From positions 1 through 57,330 of the IMG/VR virus record IMGVR_UViG_3300021963_000149: a stretch of 57,330 bases of DNA. One strand, 5' to 3'. The first letter of the stretch is position 1. Each line of letters opens with the position of its first letter. This DNA is from a virus. Taxonomy: Duplodnaviria; Caudoviricetes. A program made the position numbers and the translations under genes. Below the pieces are notes generated by a model that made no database searches, was not told where the DNA came from, and saw nothing but the letters and a program-made list of their open reading frames with translations. This document shows, one piece after another, positions 9,177-19,001 of this stretch.

Positions 9177-10607
9177 TCACATGAGGTTCTTAACAGCAAC
9201 TCTTCTGTAGTAACGGTTTGCGTTGACATTGAGTGAGCCGAGACCCTGGTTGGTTCCTTCCGCGAATGGGTTTGCGACCATGCCGTAGCGGGTCTTAAAG
9301 CCAATCTTAGGCTGGAAGGAGTTCTCACCAACGGCACGAACCATTTGGAGAGGAACATATGGGCAGTAGAAGATGCCAGCGTCATAAGGTGAAGTGCCCT
9401 TATAACCAACAACATAATACTGGTTGCCAGGTGATGCATTACCTGCAGTCAGGTTTGCAGCATAAGGATCGATATAAACACGATACTTACCTTGCAGAAC
9501 ACCAGCGAAGGTGTTGCCAGTGTCATCAACGTTCAGATTGGCGTTGAGTGCTGGGGTGTAGTCCAGAACACCAGCCATGGTCAGAGCGGAAGCAACGTCT
9601 GCAGAGCAGAGGATAACGTTGCCCTTCCCACGACGAGTTCTCTGAGCGATTGCATTAGCATCACGCTCAATTTGGAACAGAAGACCTTTGAACTTCTCAA
9701 CAGACCAACGACCGTTGGAGTCAACGTCGAGGTCAAAGATGCCTGCGGTGGCAGTGTTTTGAACAGCACCTTGCTCAGCAACCTTGTAGATGGTTCTGAT
9801 AACTTCGCGGTTGATTTCAGCAAGAATCTCAGTTGAGAGAATGTTTGCTAATTCCGCTTCAGCGTTCAGACCATGGATTGCCTTGAGGTCTTGTGCCAGT
9901 TCCAGTGAGTACTCAGCTTTGAGAGCGCGTGACTTTGCAGTAACGGTTACTTTCTCAATGCTGAATGCCATCTGGTTGAAGGCATCAGAACCAGTGCCAT
10001 CCAGGTTCTCAGCGTCGCCAGTCTGCATACCCTGACCGACGTTGTATCCGATTGAAGAAGCGGATGCAACAGGGTTCAGAACAGATGGGTTAGTTCCGCT
10101 TTGAGCGGTAGTACCCATACCAGAGTTGCCAGCGGTGAATCCACCCTCTTCGTCGCGACCAGCGTCTTGACCTGAGAATGCAGAATCAACTTCGTTGTAG
10201 AAGGTTTCAGTTCCGCTTTGGTTGGTATAGCGTGAACGCATTGCGAAGATGAGTCCAGTAGGACCGCTCATTGGTTGAACGCCTGCAACATCATAGGCGA
10301 TCAGGTTAGGCATTGAACGTCTGATCAGTGAAATCAGAACGGGGTCAAAACCAGCAACAGGGCCAGAGGCAGTAGCGCCACCACCGAAGCCGCCAGAAGC
10401 GCCTGCAGCGTTGCCTGAGTTGGTTGGTGATTCCATGAGCATACTCATGGAGCCGTTGTCGAAAGCAGATTGCTCACGAAGGAATTTTTCTTGGTTCTCT
10501 AACAGGACGGCGGTTACCGCTCTACGATGGGAATCTTTGATTTGATCAAGACCCTCATAATTGAGGAGAGGTGCCCACTTTTCCTGCAGATGCTCGGAAT
10601 GGAACAT
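9177..10607 (-). CDS. g23: Major capsid protein gp23
   Basis: GVQPMSGPTGLIFAMR, KSRALKAEYSLELAQDLKAIHGL, FYCPYVPL, FQPKIGFKTRYG. Confidence 0.99.
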   Translation of the reverse strand: MFHSEHLQEKWAPLLNYEGLDQIKDSHRRAVTAVLLENQEKFLREQSAFDNGSMSMLMESPTNSGNAAGASGGFGGGATASGPVAGFDPVLISLIRRSMPNLIAYDVAGVQPMSGPTGLIFAMRSRYTNQSGTETFYNEVDSAFSGQDAGRDEEGGFTAGNSGMGTTAQSGTNPSVLNPVASASSIGYNVGQGMQTGDAENLDGTGSDAFNQMAFSIEKVTVTAKSRALKAEYSLELAQDLKAIHGLNAEAELANILSTEILAEINREVIRTIYKVAEQGAVQNTATAGIFDLDVDSNGRWSVEKFKGLLFQIERDANAIAQRTRRGKGNVILCSADVASALTMAGVLDYTPALNANLNVDDTGNTFAGVLQGKYRVYIDPYAANLTAGNASPGNQYYVVGYKGTSPYDAGIFYCPYVPLQMVRAVGENSFQPKIGFKTRYGMVANPFAEGTNQGLGSLNVNANRYYRRVAVKNLM

Positions 10608-10664
10608 TTGCGTTTTACCTTTTACTAAGTGTTTGTTTTTTGGTTTGAATTATATTAAATTCAA

Positions 10665-11828
10665 TTATTTGCTGAATGCTGAAAGAGTCTTCAGATAGGC
10701 AGCCATTGAATCTGAGACAAACTCAGGAGAATTGTCTACACCTTCAGACAGCGTTTCAGTTCTTGCATTTGGAGAAGTTTTCTTTGAAGGGAAATATGAT
10801 TCCTTCAGCATCTCCAGTTTTTCACGATATTCTTCCTCACTTTCAAACTCAACACTTTCGGCAAGTGAAGCGAGTTTCTCTTTCTGGGTATTGGCTAAGC
10901 CACCAGAAATCTCATCGAAGATACCATCAGCAACCGACTCTGCGAGACGCTTGTTGAGAGAGATATTCTTTTCGATTTGCTCGTTGAGTTTTTCTTCCAT
11001 CTCATCAAGTTTTTCTACCATGCTCTCAAGAACATCATATTTATCTTCAGGGATTGATACATAATGTGCTTCAAAAAGATCCTTCATTCCGGTCAGGAAT
11101 GATTCGGTCATTTCTGTCTTGAGACCTTGCTCAATGACAAGTGCGTTCTCTTGGAACCACTCATCAGCAACATACTCAAGATAAGAATCAACACGCTCTG
11201 CAAGGATGGTCTTAATTTCTTCGACCTCTTCAGCAAGAGCGATTTCATATTGCTCTTCTAAAGATTGCTTGATTTCAAGAACCTTTGATTTAAGAGCAGC
11301 TTCAAAAATAACTTTTGCTTTTTCTTTAAACTCTTCAGAGAGTTCTTCTCCTCCAAGCAGAGCATTAACATCCTCTTCGATGTTATACTCTTCTTCCATT
11401 TCCTCTTCTTCTTCCTCTTCTTCTTCCTCTTCTTCTTTCTTACCTTTCTTCTTACCGCCCTCTTCTTCTTCCTCTTCCTTAGCTTCTACAATTTCCTCTT
11501 CCTCTTCTTCAGTTTCTTCTAAGAGTTCTTCATCTTCTTCATAATCCTCTTTAACACCAGCAGCTGGCATAGCAGGCTTTGCTCCTTTGTTTACAACATC
11601 CTTAACTTGCTTAAGAGTTGCACCTGGAGTCTTCAACTTTGCTGAATCATCATCTGGTTTGTAGTTAGAAGGATCTGGTCCACCAAGATCTTCCCAACTG
11701 CCGGTTTGACCTGGAGTAGAACCAGAAAGACTTGGCATCGCGTCCGCTGCTTTGGCATTAGCATTAACAGCGGTCCTGGATTGCTTTGTGCCTACTTCCA
11801 TTTCTTGTAATTGTGTGCCACGAGACAT
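10665..11828 (-). CDS. g22: Prohead core scaffold protein gp22
   Basis: Acidic coiled coil, LSEEFKEKAKVIFEAA, VDSYLEYVADEW, LKESYF; between g21 and g23. Confidence 0.93.
   Translation of the reverse strand: MSRGTQLQEMEVGTKQSRTAVNANAKAADAMPSLSGSTPGQTGSWEDLGGPDPSNYKPDDDSAKLKTPGATLKQVKDVVNKGAKPAMPAAGVKEDYEEDEELLEETEEEEEEIVEAKEEEEEEGGKKKGKKEEEEEEEEEEEEMEEEYNIEEDVNALLGGEELSEEFKEKAKVIFEAALKSKVLEIKQSLEEQYEIALAEEVEEIKTILAERVDSYLEYVADEWFQENALVIEQGLKTEMTESFLTGMKDLFEAHYVSIPEDKYDVLESMVEKLDEMEEKLNEQIEKNISLNKRLAESVADGIFDEISGGLANTQKEKLASLAESVEFESEEEYREKLEMLKESYFPSKKTSPNARTETLSEGVDNSPEFVSDSMAAYLKTLSAFSK
11385..11550 (-). repeat. Glu-rich low-complexity (GAA/GAG)n tract inside g22
   Basis: Long tct/tcc triplet runs on + strand; encodes EEEEEEGGKKKGKKEEEEEEEEEEEEMEEEY. 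Confidence 0.85.
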
Positions 11829-11864
11829 TTGAACTCTCCGATTTTCCTGTATAAAATCTATATT

Positions 11865-11872
11865 TATTTATA
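11865..11872 (-). promoter_or_regulatory. Late promoter TATAAATA for g22-g23
   Basis: Exact T4 late consensus in the g21-g22 gap. Confidence 0.8.
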
Positions 11873-11875
11873 GAA

Positions 11876-12526
11876 TTACAAATTTGAGATAAACTCATCA
11901 AATAGGTTTAACTTGAACTCATCAAGTTTTCTTTGATCAACTAATGTATTTATTCTACGCTTTGTATTTTCTGCTAATCTTTCGCGAAGCATTCCACCTT
12001 CCCAAACCCATTCTTTACCTTCCATAATTCCCTGAACAAAAGCATCGGGTGCAGATGGATCGGCAACAATATCAGCAGCAGTTGCAAGCATGAAATCTTC
12101 ACCAACTTCACTATATCCGTTTTGAGTTGGTTTTAAAGAACCGATTCCACGAGAGGAAACTCCGAGAGTAACTCCTTCTTTTAAAAGAGACTCTGCAATT
12201 TTACCCATTGGAGTAGAAAGAATCTGTGCTTTTCCAATAAAATCATTTCCTTCTCGATGAAGAGAAACAATTTTGTGAGAAACACGATCAAGATTTACGG
12301 TTGGACCATCAGGGTGTCCAAGTTCACCAAGAGCACGACCTTTTTGCACATACTGTTCAGTATAACGCTTAACCTCTCTTTCCATAATCGGCAAACGATA
12401 CATTCTATTGTTGCGATTTGGTTGTTCGGTTTGAAGGAACGGTCCTTGAATGTAGAGTGTTTTTTTACCGTTTTTTTCTTCGGTAATAACTTCTACTGAT
12501 TCAATTTCTTCGGTGATGAGTTTCAT
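11876..12526 (-). CDS. g21: Prohead protease gp21
   Basis: ALGELGHP, NLDRVSH, GVSSRGIGSL, DIVADPSAPDAFV. Confidence 0.97.
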   Translation of the reverse strand: MKLITEEIESVEVITEEKNGKKTLYIQGPFLQTEQPNRNNRMYRLPIMEREVKRYTEQYVQKGRALGELGHPDGPTVNLDRVSHKIVSLHREGNDFIGKAQILSTPMGKIAESLLKEGVTLGVSSRGIGSLKPTQNGYSEVGEDFMLATAADIVADPSAPDAFVQGIMEGKEWVWEGGMLRERLAENTKRRINTLVDQRKLDEFKLNLFDEFISNL

Positions 12527-13083
12527 TATGCTTGACCTGAAATTTGAATTTGTTGAACAAAAATAGAACCAGCACCACCATTGGTAATTGCTGATACTCT
12601 TTGTGAGTTTCTCAAAGTCGCATCTTGAGAAGAAAATGCTGTAGTGATTCCACTTGTATCTGCTTCAACTGTAATGGAAGTTTGGAAGTTTCCATTAAAA
12701 TCTGATTTTGTATTTACAGATAAAACTTTTGCGTGAGTGATTATAGAATTATATTGAGCAAAGTTTGCACCAGAAAGTGTCACTCTATCACCAACACCAA
12801 AAGGCATTTGAGTTCCTTCTGGACATGTGATAATTGTGTTCGTTCCTGTTGTAATTCCAATAACTCTTTGAGATGCTTTGGTTAAAGCAAGAGTTGCTGA
12901 AGTTCCAGCTGGAATTGCATAATCCGCAAGAGTTGCTGACGGATCTGTTCCAATTGCCACAAATGCATTTGCACCAAGAGCAACAATTCTCAATACATCA
13001 CTTTGTACTGAAAACGATGTTGTCAATGCTGCTGTTGAAGTTGTGCTAATGGATGTTCCCGATCCAACTGGTCTATGTGCCAT
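12526..13083 (-). CDS. Hypothetical protein, probably virion-associated
   Basis: 185 aa Ser/Thr/Gly-rich beta-type sequence, coupled to g21, ATAAATA upstream. Confidence 0.75.
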   Translation of the reverse strand: MAHRPVGSGTSISTTSTAALTTSFSVQSDVLRIVALGANAFVAIGTDPSATLADYAIPAGTSATLALTKASQRVIGITTGTNTIITCPEGTQMPFGVGDRVTLSGANFAQYNSIITHAKVLSVNTKSDFNGNFQTSITVEADTSGITTAFSSQDATLRNSQRVSAITNGGAGSIFVQQIQISGQA

Positions 13084-13108
13084 TATTCTTTATAATTCAT
13101 TTAGTAAT

Positions 13109-13115
13109 TATTTAT
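13109..13115 (-). promoter_or_regulatory. Putative late promoter (ATAAATA)
   Basis: tatttat about 25 nt upstream of ATG 13083. Confidence 0.55.
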
Positions 13116-13123
13116 TAACTTAA

Positions 13124-13297
13124 TCATTCGTCGTCATTTTCTACTTCACTTTCCACTTCTCCAAACATTGAAGTTGCAATATCCGGGCGGAAGGAATCAA
13201 TTCTTTCCGATGATTTTGCAAACAAAATTTCTTTAATTTTGTCGCTTGTTTGAATTGGAGATTCGTCGTTAATAATCAAATCTAAAAGTTCTTCCAT
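13124..13297 (-). CDS. Small acidic protein at the gp67 (prohead core) position
   Basis: Below ORF-track cutoff; manual translation MEELLDLIINDESPIQTSDKIKEILFAKSSERIDSFRPDIATSMFGEVESEVENDDE (57 aa); TATAAATA upstream. Confidence 0.75.
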   Translation of the reverse strand: MEELLDLIINDESPIQTSDKIKEILFAKSSERIDSFRPDIATSMFGEVESEVENDDE

Positions 13298-13321
13298 GTT
13301 AATATCAAATGTGATCTTTTA

Positions 13322-13329
13322 TATTTATA
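13322..13329 (-). promoter_or_regulatory. Late promoter TATAAATA
   Basis: Exact consensus overlapping the stop codon of the dioxygenase gene. Confidence 0.75.
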
Positions 13330-14080
13330 ATTTTGAAAATAACTTATAGAATGATTTTCCAAGATTAAAAATTACCCGATGAGCAATCGTTAAGTTTGTT
13401 TTGTTTATTTTGTCTCTGAATTCTTGGGAAGACCTTTTTAATTTTTCAATTGAATCTTGAAACTTCATTGTTTTTGAAATTCCCTTTGTATCATATACAT
13501 CCATAATTAAATGAAATCGGTCAATATCAGAGTCATTTCTGATTTGATGCCTATTATTAACTGGCAACATATAAACTGAACCATCTGCTGGCATATGAAA
13601 TTCACCTTGCTCTGTCCAGTGAGTACATTTTTTATCAGTAATGATAGGTACATGCACTCTACACATATAATTACCATTTAAATTATCTCCAGGCCATGCA
13701 TTATCAATATGAACAATACTGAATGTATGTGCTTTTATCATTGTAATTCTTGCTCGTCTTGGATAAAATCCATGAGTATCAAGAATATCAATAATTTTTT
13801 TAATCTCACCAATACAAGCAGGTGTTGGATTAATGTGCTCAAATGGATGAGAAATTTTTAAATGTTTGGCAAGAAAATATTTGTATGATTTATTTTCGCA
13901 TTGTTCTATTCCAACTTCCCACCCATCATTGCAAGTTCCAGTTCTACTCAGAACACTCCATCCACCAAAATTACTATAACCATATTCTTTACCCTGTAAA
14001 GTAATTGGTATTTTTTTTACTTCAACAAGATCTTTTTGTAGTGCGTTAATGTCAACACTAAAAGGTAATTTTTCAATCAT
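13325..14080 (-). CDS. 2OG-Fe(II) dioxygenase, aspartyl/asparaginyl beta-hydroxylase-like
   Basis: RARIT...IVHID (HxD), RVHVPIIT, distal H in RHQIRNDSDIDRFHLIMD. Confidence 0.8.
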   Translation of the reverse strand: MIEKLPFSVDINALQKDLVEVKKIPITLQGKEYGYSNFGGWSVLSRTGTCNDGWEVGIEQCENKSYKYFLAKHLKISHPFEHINPTPACIGEIKKIIDILDTHGFYPRRARITMIKAHTFSIVHIDNAWPGDNLNGNYMCRVHVPIITDKKCTHWTEQGEFHMPADGSVYMLPVNNRHQIRNDSDIDRFHLIMDVYDTKGISKTMKFQDSIEKLKRSSQEFRDKINKTNLTIAHRVIFNLGKSFYKLFSKL

Positions 14081-14101
14081 GATATGAGAGACTATTTGAA
14101 A

Positions 14102-15814
14102 TTAAATTGTCCCACCTTTTGGCATTTTGGTGACTGAAGTGTTTGGTTCAGCAGCTGCTCCACTAACTTCAGTAGATCCACCCATCGTAGCACCATCAGT
14201 ATTTGGTTCCATTACTGGTGCTCCCAAATCCATCTGGGCAGCACCTTGGTCTAAAGGAAGACCAGTTTGTGGATCAACAGGTGCATTTGGATCAGGAATA
14301 ACTCCTTTTTTGATTTCTTTTTTGATTAAAGCATCTTGCTCAATAATTTCAATATCAGTTTGGCGAAGAATTTTTCTACGAACATAGTCTTGAGAAAAAT
14401 ATCTACCAACATATGGTTCTGCAACTGCAACCATATTTAATCTTTCATTAAGTAATTCTACATCTTTAAGTTCAGAGAAGTGATTGTCATAGAGGAAATC
14501 ATATTGAATATGCTCACTCATAATCTCCCAGTCTTCTGGAGTAATAATGTTCTTAAGAATCAATTGAGTCTTAAGCATATCATTGAACATATTTGAGAAT
14601 CTCTTTCTCAAACGACCAACAAATTTAGTGAATTTTAATTCGTCTCTGAGGATTTCGGAGGAACGACCGAGATTAAATCCACCTTCGCCATCCATGCGAG
14701 ACGGCGGCACGTTGAGGGACCTGTATAACTTCTTTTTAAAATACTCAATGTCCGTGATTTCTCCAAGGTTTTGTCCTCCTGGAAGAGTAGTAATTTCAGT
14801 ACCACGTCCTCCCTCTCTGCGAGGAAGCCAAAAATCCTCCAACATTGCCATAAATTTTTTGTCATCGCGAATCTCTCCCGTACTAGCATCGTACACAAGT
14901 TTATTACGATAACGCATCATAACATCACGAAGATATTGTTCTGCTTTTACCTTTGGAAGATTACCTACATCAATATAGAAGATTCTTCTTTCTGGAGCAC
15001 GAGACAATCTATAAATGACAAGGCTGTCTTCAATCATGCGAAGTTGATTGAGTGACTTAATTGCTTTATGTAAGTAAGATAAAGTATTACCTTTATTTCT
15101 ATCTACCAGTCCAGATGTGCAGTATGTAATTGCATCTTTTGCAATTTTAATACCTTGACTTGCATTTGTCTGAGCTGGGTTTGTTGATGGATAAATTGTT
15201 TTTGGATTATAGATGAAATATTCTTCAACCTCAGGAAAATCAAAATCCATTGGATTATCACTATGCAATTTTTGAAGAGGTGCAAGTTTATCGTTTGGAT
15301 TTTTCTTTTGTTGACGAACATAACGCATTTTCATTGCGTCAATATAACGAAGTTCTTGAATTCCTTCATGAGGATTTTTTAAATCAATTACCTTATGATA
15401 ATAAATTCTTCCATCAATATACCAGTTTCTATAAATTTCGTGAGATTTTTTGTCAAAATCTAAGAGGTCTAAAATATATTTAAATTCATCTCTAATTTTT
15501 TTCTTTATTCCGTCGCTTGCATTTAGATTATCTAAATCAATTTGAACCGGCGTATCATTTGTATCTGATACAATTGCTTCATTTACAATATCTTCAATGG
15601 CACTATCGCACTCTGGGTGCAATGCCATTTCTCTATATCTTTTAATCAGTTCAAATTCTGTTCGATATACACCCTCAATGTCGATGTATGAACCAAAAAA
15701 ACCACTACTCAAATAATGGTCAACCCCGTCCTCATTATTGGGCGGGACGGGGGAGAGCGCATTTGGTGAGAGTGGTTCAGTGTCCTCAATAGAGAACCCA
15801 AATAATTTTGCCAT
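14102..15814 (-). CDS. g20: Portal vertex protein gp20
   Basis: YRLSRAPERRIFYIDVGNLPK, EDFWLPRREGGRGTEITTLPGG, EILRDELKF. Confidence 0.99.
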   Translation of the reverse strand: MAKLFGFSIEDTEPLSPNALSPVPPNNEDGVDHYLSSGFFGSYIDIEGVYRTEFELIKRYREMALHPECDSAIEDIVNEAIVSDTNDTPVQIDLDNLNASDGIKKKIRDEFKYILDLLDFDKKSHEIYRNWYIDGRIYYHKVIDLKNPHEGIQELRYIDAMKMRYVRQQKKNPNDKLAPLQKLHSDNPMDFDFPEVEEYFIYNPKTIYPSTNPAQTNASQGIKIAKDAITYCTSGLVDRNKGNTLSYLHKAIKSLNQLRMIEDSLVIYRLSRAPERRIFYIDVGNLPKVKAEQYLRDVMMRYRNKLVYDASTGEIRDDKKFMAMLEDFWLPRREGGRGTEITTLPGGQNLGEITDIEYFKKKLYRSLNVPPSRMDGEGGFNLGRSSEILRDELKFTKFVGRLRKRFSNMFNDMLKTQLILKNIITPEDWEIMSEHIQYDFLYDNHFSELKDVELLNERLNMVAVAEPYVGRYFSQDYVRRKILRQTDIEIIEQDALIKKEIKKGVIPDPNAPVDPQTGLPLDQGAAQMDLGAPVMEPNTDGATMGGSTEVSGAAAEPNTSVTKMPKGGTI

Positions 15815-15834
15815 AATTTATTGTGTGTTTAGAC

Positions 15835-15841
15835 TATTTAT
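15835..15841 (-). promoter_or_regulatory. Putative late promoter (ATAAATA) for g20
   Basis: tatttat at the g19 stop. Confidence 0.6.
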
Positions 15842-16431
15842 TAACCGTTTGGACCACCAGTTCCAGCAGCAGAGAAGGACTGAACTTGGAACTCAACAGT
15901 AAACTCTTCAATTGTATCTCCACTATCATAGGAAAGATCGATTTGAGATACATTTGTTGGGAAGATGTCAATGAAATCATACTGCTTCAGAACAGAATTT
16001 GCAGTCCCAGCATTTGTTTTGCTGCTTGGAGTTGAACCTCTTCCAAGTTGATAGACAGTTGCATTTGTCATGTATGCAGATGGATCAGTAGCACCAAGGT
16101 TATTGTCCAGTCTAGCAATTAAATCTGCCCACTGCTCAAAAGCGTTTCTTAAAACGAAACCTTCATCATTAATTACAGTAACTGTCCAGGTGTCAATAGT
16201 TCTATCACCAGCTACTTTAAAAATACGACCCCTGAATGGAACATCAATTGAAGCGATGTTTTGAGCAGGAAGTGCTGCTGCTTTGCACATAAATCTGAAG
16301 TTGTTTGCATCCCAAGCAATTCCTGCAGGGAATGTGGTTAATTCAACTTCAAATAGATTGGGTCTTGCGCCGCCACCTACTAGAGCGGACTTAAACTGAG
16401 AAATTGTTTTGTTTTCTCTTGTTGTTGCCAT
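15841..16431 (-). CDS. g19: Tail tube protein gp19
   Basis: GGARPNLFEV, CKAAALP, FRGR..KVAGDRT, IEEFTVEF. Confidence 0.96.
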   Translation of the reverse strand: MATTRENKTISQFKSALVGGGARPNLFEVELTTFPAGIAWDANNFRFMCKAAALPAQNIASIDVPFRGRIFKVAGDRTIDTWTVTVINDEGFVLRNAFEQWADLIARLDNNLGATDPSAYMTNATVYQLGRGSTPSSKTNAGTANSVLKQYDFIDIFPTNVSQIDLSYDSGDTIEEFTVEFQVQSFSAAGTGGPNG

Positions 16432-16450
16432 GATTTGTTCCTCCTGTTGT

Positions 16451-16457
16451 TATTTAG
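16451..16457 (-). promoter_or_regulatory. Putative late promoter (CTAAATA) for g19
   Basis: tatttag in the g18-g19 gap, followed by an AGGAGG ribosome-binding site. Confidence 0.6.
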
Positions 16458-16467
16458 ATGTTCTTAA

Positions 16468-18687
16468 TTAAACTCTACCTACGACTTCTTCAAATGAGAC
16501 ACCAGTTCTCGTGGCAACAAACGTAAGTGTTACATAATTAATAGATTTCGCTGGCTTCAGGAAGATGTCAGCTCTGAATTCATTATTATCAATAACATCT
16601 GGAGTGTTATTGGAGGTGTCGCAAACAACTAAAAATCCATAGAGTCCTCGTTTTGCTTCAACATCTCTCAAGTATGGTTCAACAATGTTTCTAAAGTTTG
16701 CTCTTGTCAGTTCATCGTTCAATTCAAACAGTTGAGCTTCTGCTGCTCTTTGGAGAGCTTGCTCAATTGTAAGGAAGAGACGGCGAACATTAATTCTATC
16801 AAATGCAGATGCATACCCAAGAGCAGTCTTATCACCGAAGAGAAGTGAACCAATACCTGGTTTTGTGATGATTGAGTTAATTCTCAATGGATACAGTTGA
16901 TCTCTTTGTGCTTTGGTTGGATTGTATGCAAGTTTAACAACATTATTTAAAATACCTCTTTGTTGTCCTGCAGGTGAGAACCAAGGATATGCAACAATGT
17001 TTGTTCTTGTCATTAATCCTGCAATGTCTGCATTACATGGAACATATCTAAATTCATTATTAAATCTGTCATATGTATATTTGTATCCAGTATCAAATGT
17101 TGCATAAGAAGAGGATGACAGTGGAGCAAAGAATGTAATCAGATTTGTTGTTTGTGTGGTCGTGTTTGTGACATTAACCAAATCTGCTCTGTGGGGTCCA
17201 ATGCAAGCCATGCAGTCTTTTCTAGACTCTGCAAGAGAAATTAAATAATTTGCTTTTGCTTGAGACTCATTCTTGTCTCCAAGACCAGGACCCATAATCA
17301 GATAATCAACTTGAATTTCATCCTTGTTTTGGAAATACCCATATGCAGTAATCAAGTTTGCTAATGTAGCAGTCATTCCACCATTTGAACCAAGAGCAGG
17401 AACTCCAGCAGAATAATCTTCTCCACCAGCAAGTGAATATGTTACATTTCCAATTGCAGAGAATGTATTGTCTTGTGCTTTTTGACCCCAAAGACCAGAT
17501 GCTGTGGTGATTGGAGTAAATGCAGTAGAGAATCCAACTGCTCTTGGTTCTGTATTGTAGAATCCATCTCTACCATTAGATGGGTTGTATCCAGCATAAA
17601 TGTTTGCTGAGTAGTCTGCAACAAATTGCTTATACCAGATTTTTTGAGGAGCATTTACATTGGATATTGCATCAACTGCTTTAGAGAGTGATACATGCTT
17701 TTCAAGGATTGTTCCTTGGTTTCCAGTAATTGTTCCGTAATCATCAACAACAACAATGTGAAGTGCGTCACCTTCACCATTTCTAGCAGTTGAATAAACA
17801 TTAGAAATTGGTTTTGGTGCAATAGACTTCCAATAAATTATCGAATTATCCAGGTCTAAAGTTTGCTGGTCATACCAATCATCAACAGATACTGGAGTAT
17901 ATGCTGCAGATGCAGATAATCCAGTGTTAATGCCAGAGTTGTTGACAAAGAACAAGGCATCTGTTGTGTCAAATGATGCATATTGAGTATTTTGTGAGTA
18001 ATCAATTTTTGTTTCGGTTCCTGCAGAAGAAACTCTAGAAACAATCTTAATATCAATTGTGCTATTTCCGTTTGTTGAGTCTGTATTAATACCAGTGATA
18101 ATTCCCTTTAAATAACCACTAAATCCTGTAGTGGTTCCAGCCCCAGGAACTGTTACATTGGTTAAAGCAGCAGTAACACCAAAACCAATTTGAGCACCTG
18201 CCAATCTAGGGCTTACGGTGTTGATTCCAATTCTTTGGTCTGCTAAATCATCAATAAAACAAACTTTTAATCCATTTGCCCAAGAACCTGGGTTCTTTGC
18301 AGCATAAGTGAAATTTGTTCCATCTACATGATTGTTTTGATAATCATCATAGTTGTCAATTTGTAATGCATTAGTTGATGCGATTCCAACACCAGCATTT
18401 GCATTGTTGAGGTCAGCGTCTGTTGCTCTAACAACCTTAAGAACGCCACCGTATGACAAGAATGATGCTGCACTCATCCAGTATTCATATTGGGAATCCG
18501 TTGAGAGTGGCTTACCAAAGACATTAATAAGATCTTGCTCTGTAGTAATGTCGATTGGTTCATTCACAGGTCCAATTCTGAAAGGTCCAGCAATTGCACC
18601 GATATTATCTAAAACATTATCAGCTCTTCCTACAGTTAAGTCAACCTCTCTGACGAGTACGCCTGGAGATAATTGAGGAGTCGCCAT
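16468..18687 (-). CDS. g18: Tail sheath protein gp18
   Basis: SPGVLVREVDLT, PWFSPAG..RG, FDRINVRRLF, KPAKSINYVTLTFVATRTGVSFEE. Confidence 0.98.
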   Translation of the reverse strand: MATPQLSPGVLVREVDLTVGRADNVLDNIGAIAGPFRIGPVNEPIDITTEQDLINVFGKPLSTDSQYEYWMSAASFLSYGGVLKVVRATDADLNNANAGVGIASTNALQIDNYDDYQNNHVDGTNFTYAAKNPGSWANGLKVCFIDDLADQRIGINTVSPRLAGAQIGFGVTAALTNVTVPGAGTTTGFSGYLKGIITGINTDSTNGNSTIDIKIVSRVSSAGTETKIDYSQNTQYASFDTTDALFFVNNSGINTGLSASAAYTPVSVDDWYDQQTLDLDNSIIYWKSIAPKPISNVYSTARNGEGDALHIVVVDDYGTITGNQGTILEKHVSLSKAVDAISNVNAPQKIWYKQFVADYSANIYAGYNPSNGRDGFYNTEPRAVGFSTAFTPITTASGLWGQKAQDNTFSAIGNVTYSLAGGEDYSAGVPALGSNGGMTATLANLITAYGYFQNKDEIQVDYLIMGPGLGDKNESQAKANYLISLAESRKDCMACIGPHRADLVNVTNTTTQTTNLITFFAPLSSSSYATFDTGYKYTYDRFNNEFRYVPCNADIAGLMTRTNIVAYPWFSPAGQQRGILNNVVKLAYNPTKAQRDQLYPLRINSIITKPGIGSLLFGDKTALGYASAFDRINVRRLFLTIEQALQRAAEAQLFELNDELTRANFRNIVEPYLRDVEAKRGLYGFLVVCDTSNNTPDVIDNNEFRADIFLKPAKSINYVTLTFVATRTGVSFEEVVGRV

Positions 18688-18722
18688 GTTTTTCTCCGTG
18701 AAGTCTCAGTTTATCTAAAAAA

Positions 18723-18729
18723 TATTTAT
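18723..18729 (-). promoter_or_regulatory. Putative late promoter (ATAAATA) for g18
   Basis: tatttat upstream of the g18 ribosome-binding site GGAG. Confidence 0.6.
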
Positions 18730-18770
18730 TAAAAACACACTTTACAGGGGGGAAACAAGCCGTGAATTCA

Positions 18771-19001
18771 CTACCAGTCAGGATATTCCCATCTTATCTG
18801 TGAGTTAAAATCTTTTTTGGTTTCTAATATTCTTTTAATAGTGCAGTCCTTACACTCATATGAATATGAAGATGCCACCGCTCCTCTGTCTTTACGAGTT
18901 CTATAAAATCCGTCTATTAAATTTTTTGTTTCTCCACAGACTCTACATTTTCTATCGACTAAAAGCAAATGACCTAGTTTTATTTGCTTATCAAGTTCCA
19001 T
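18771..19001 (-). CDS. Small CxxC...CxxC zinc-finger protein
   Basis: CRVC...ECKDC; start MELDKQ coupled to the g17 stop through TAATG (ORF track extends to 19016). Confidence 0.75.
   Translation of the reverse strand: MELDKQIKLGHLLLVDRKCRVCGETKNLIDGFYRTRKDRGAVASSYSYECKDCTIKRILETKKDFNSQIRWEYPDW

Noticed and set aside
9113-9439. 108-aa alternative-frame ORF over the end of g23
   Set aside because: Out-of-frame overlap with the conserved capsid gene and runs through the terminator; no RBS or motif
11206-11544. Poly-Ser ORF on + strand
   Set aside because: Mirror of the g22 poly-Glu tract
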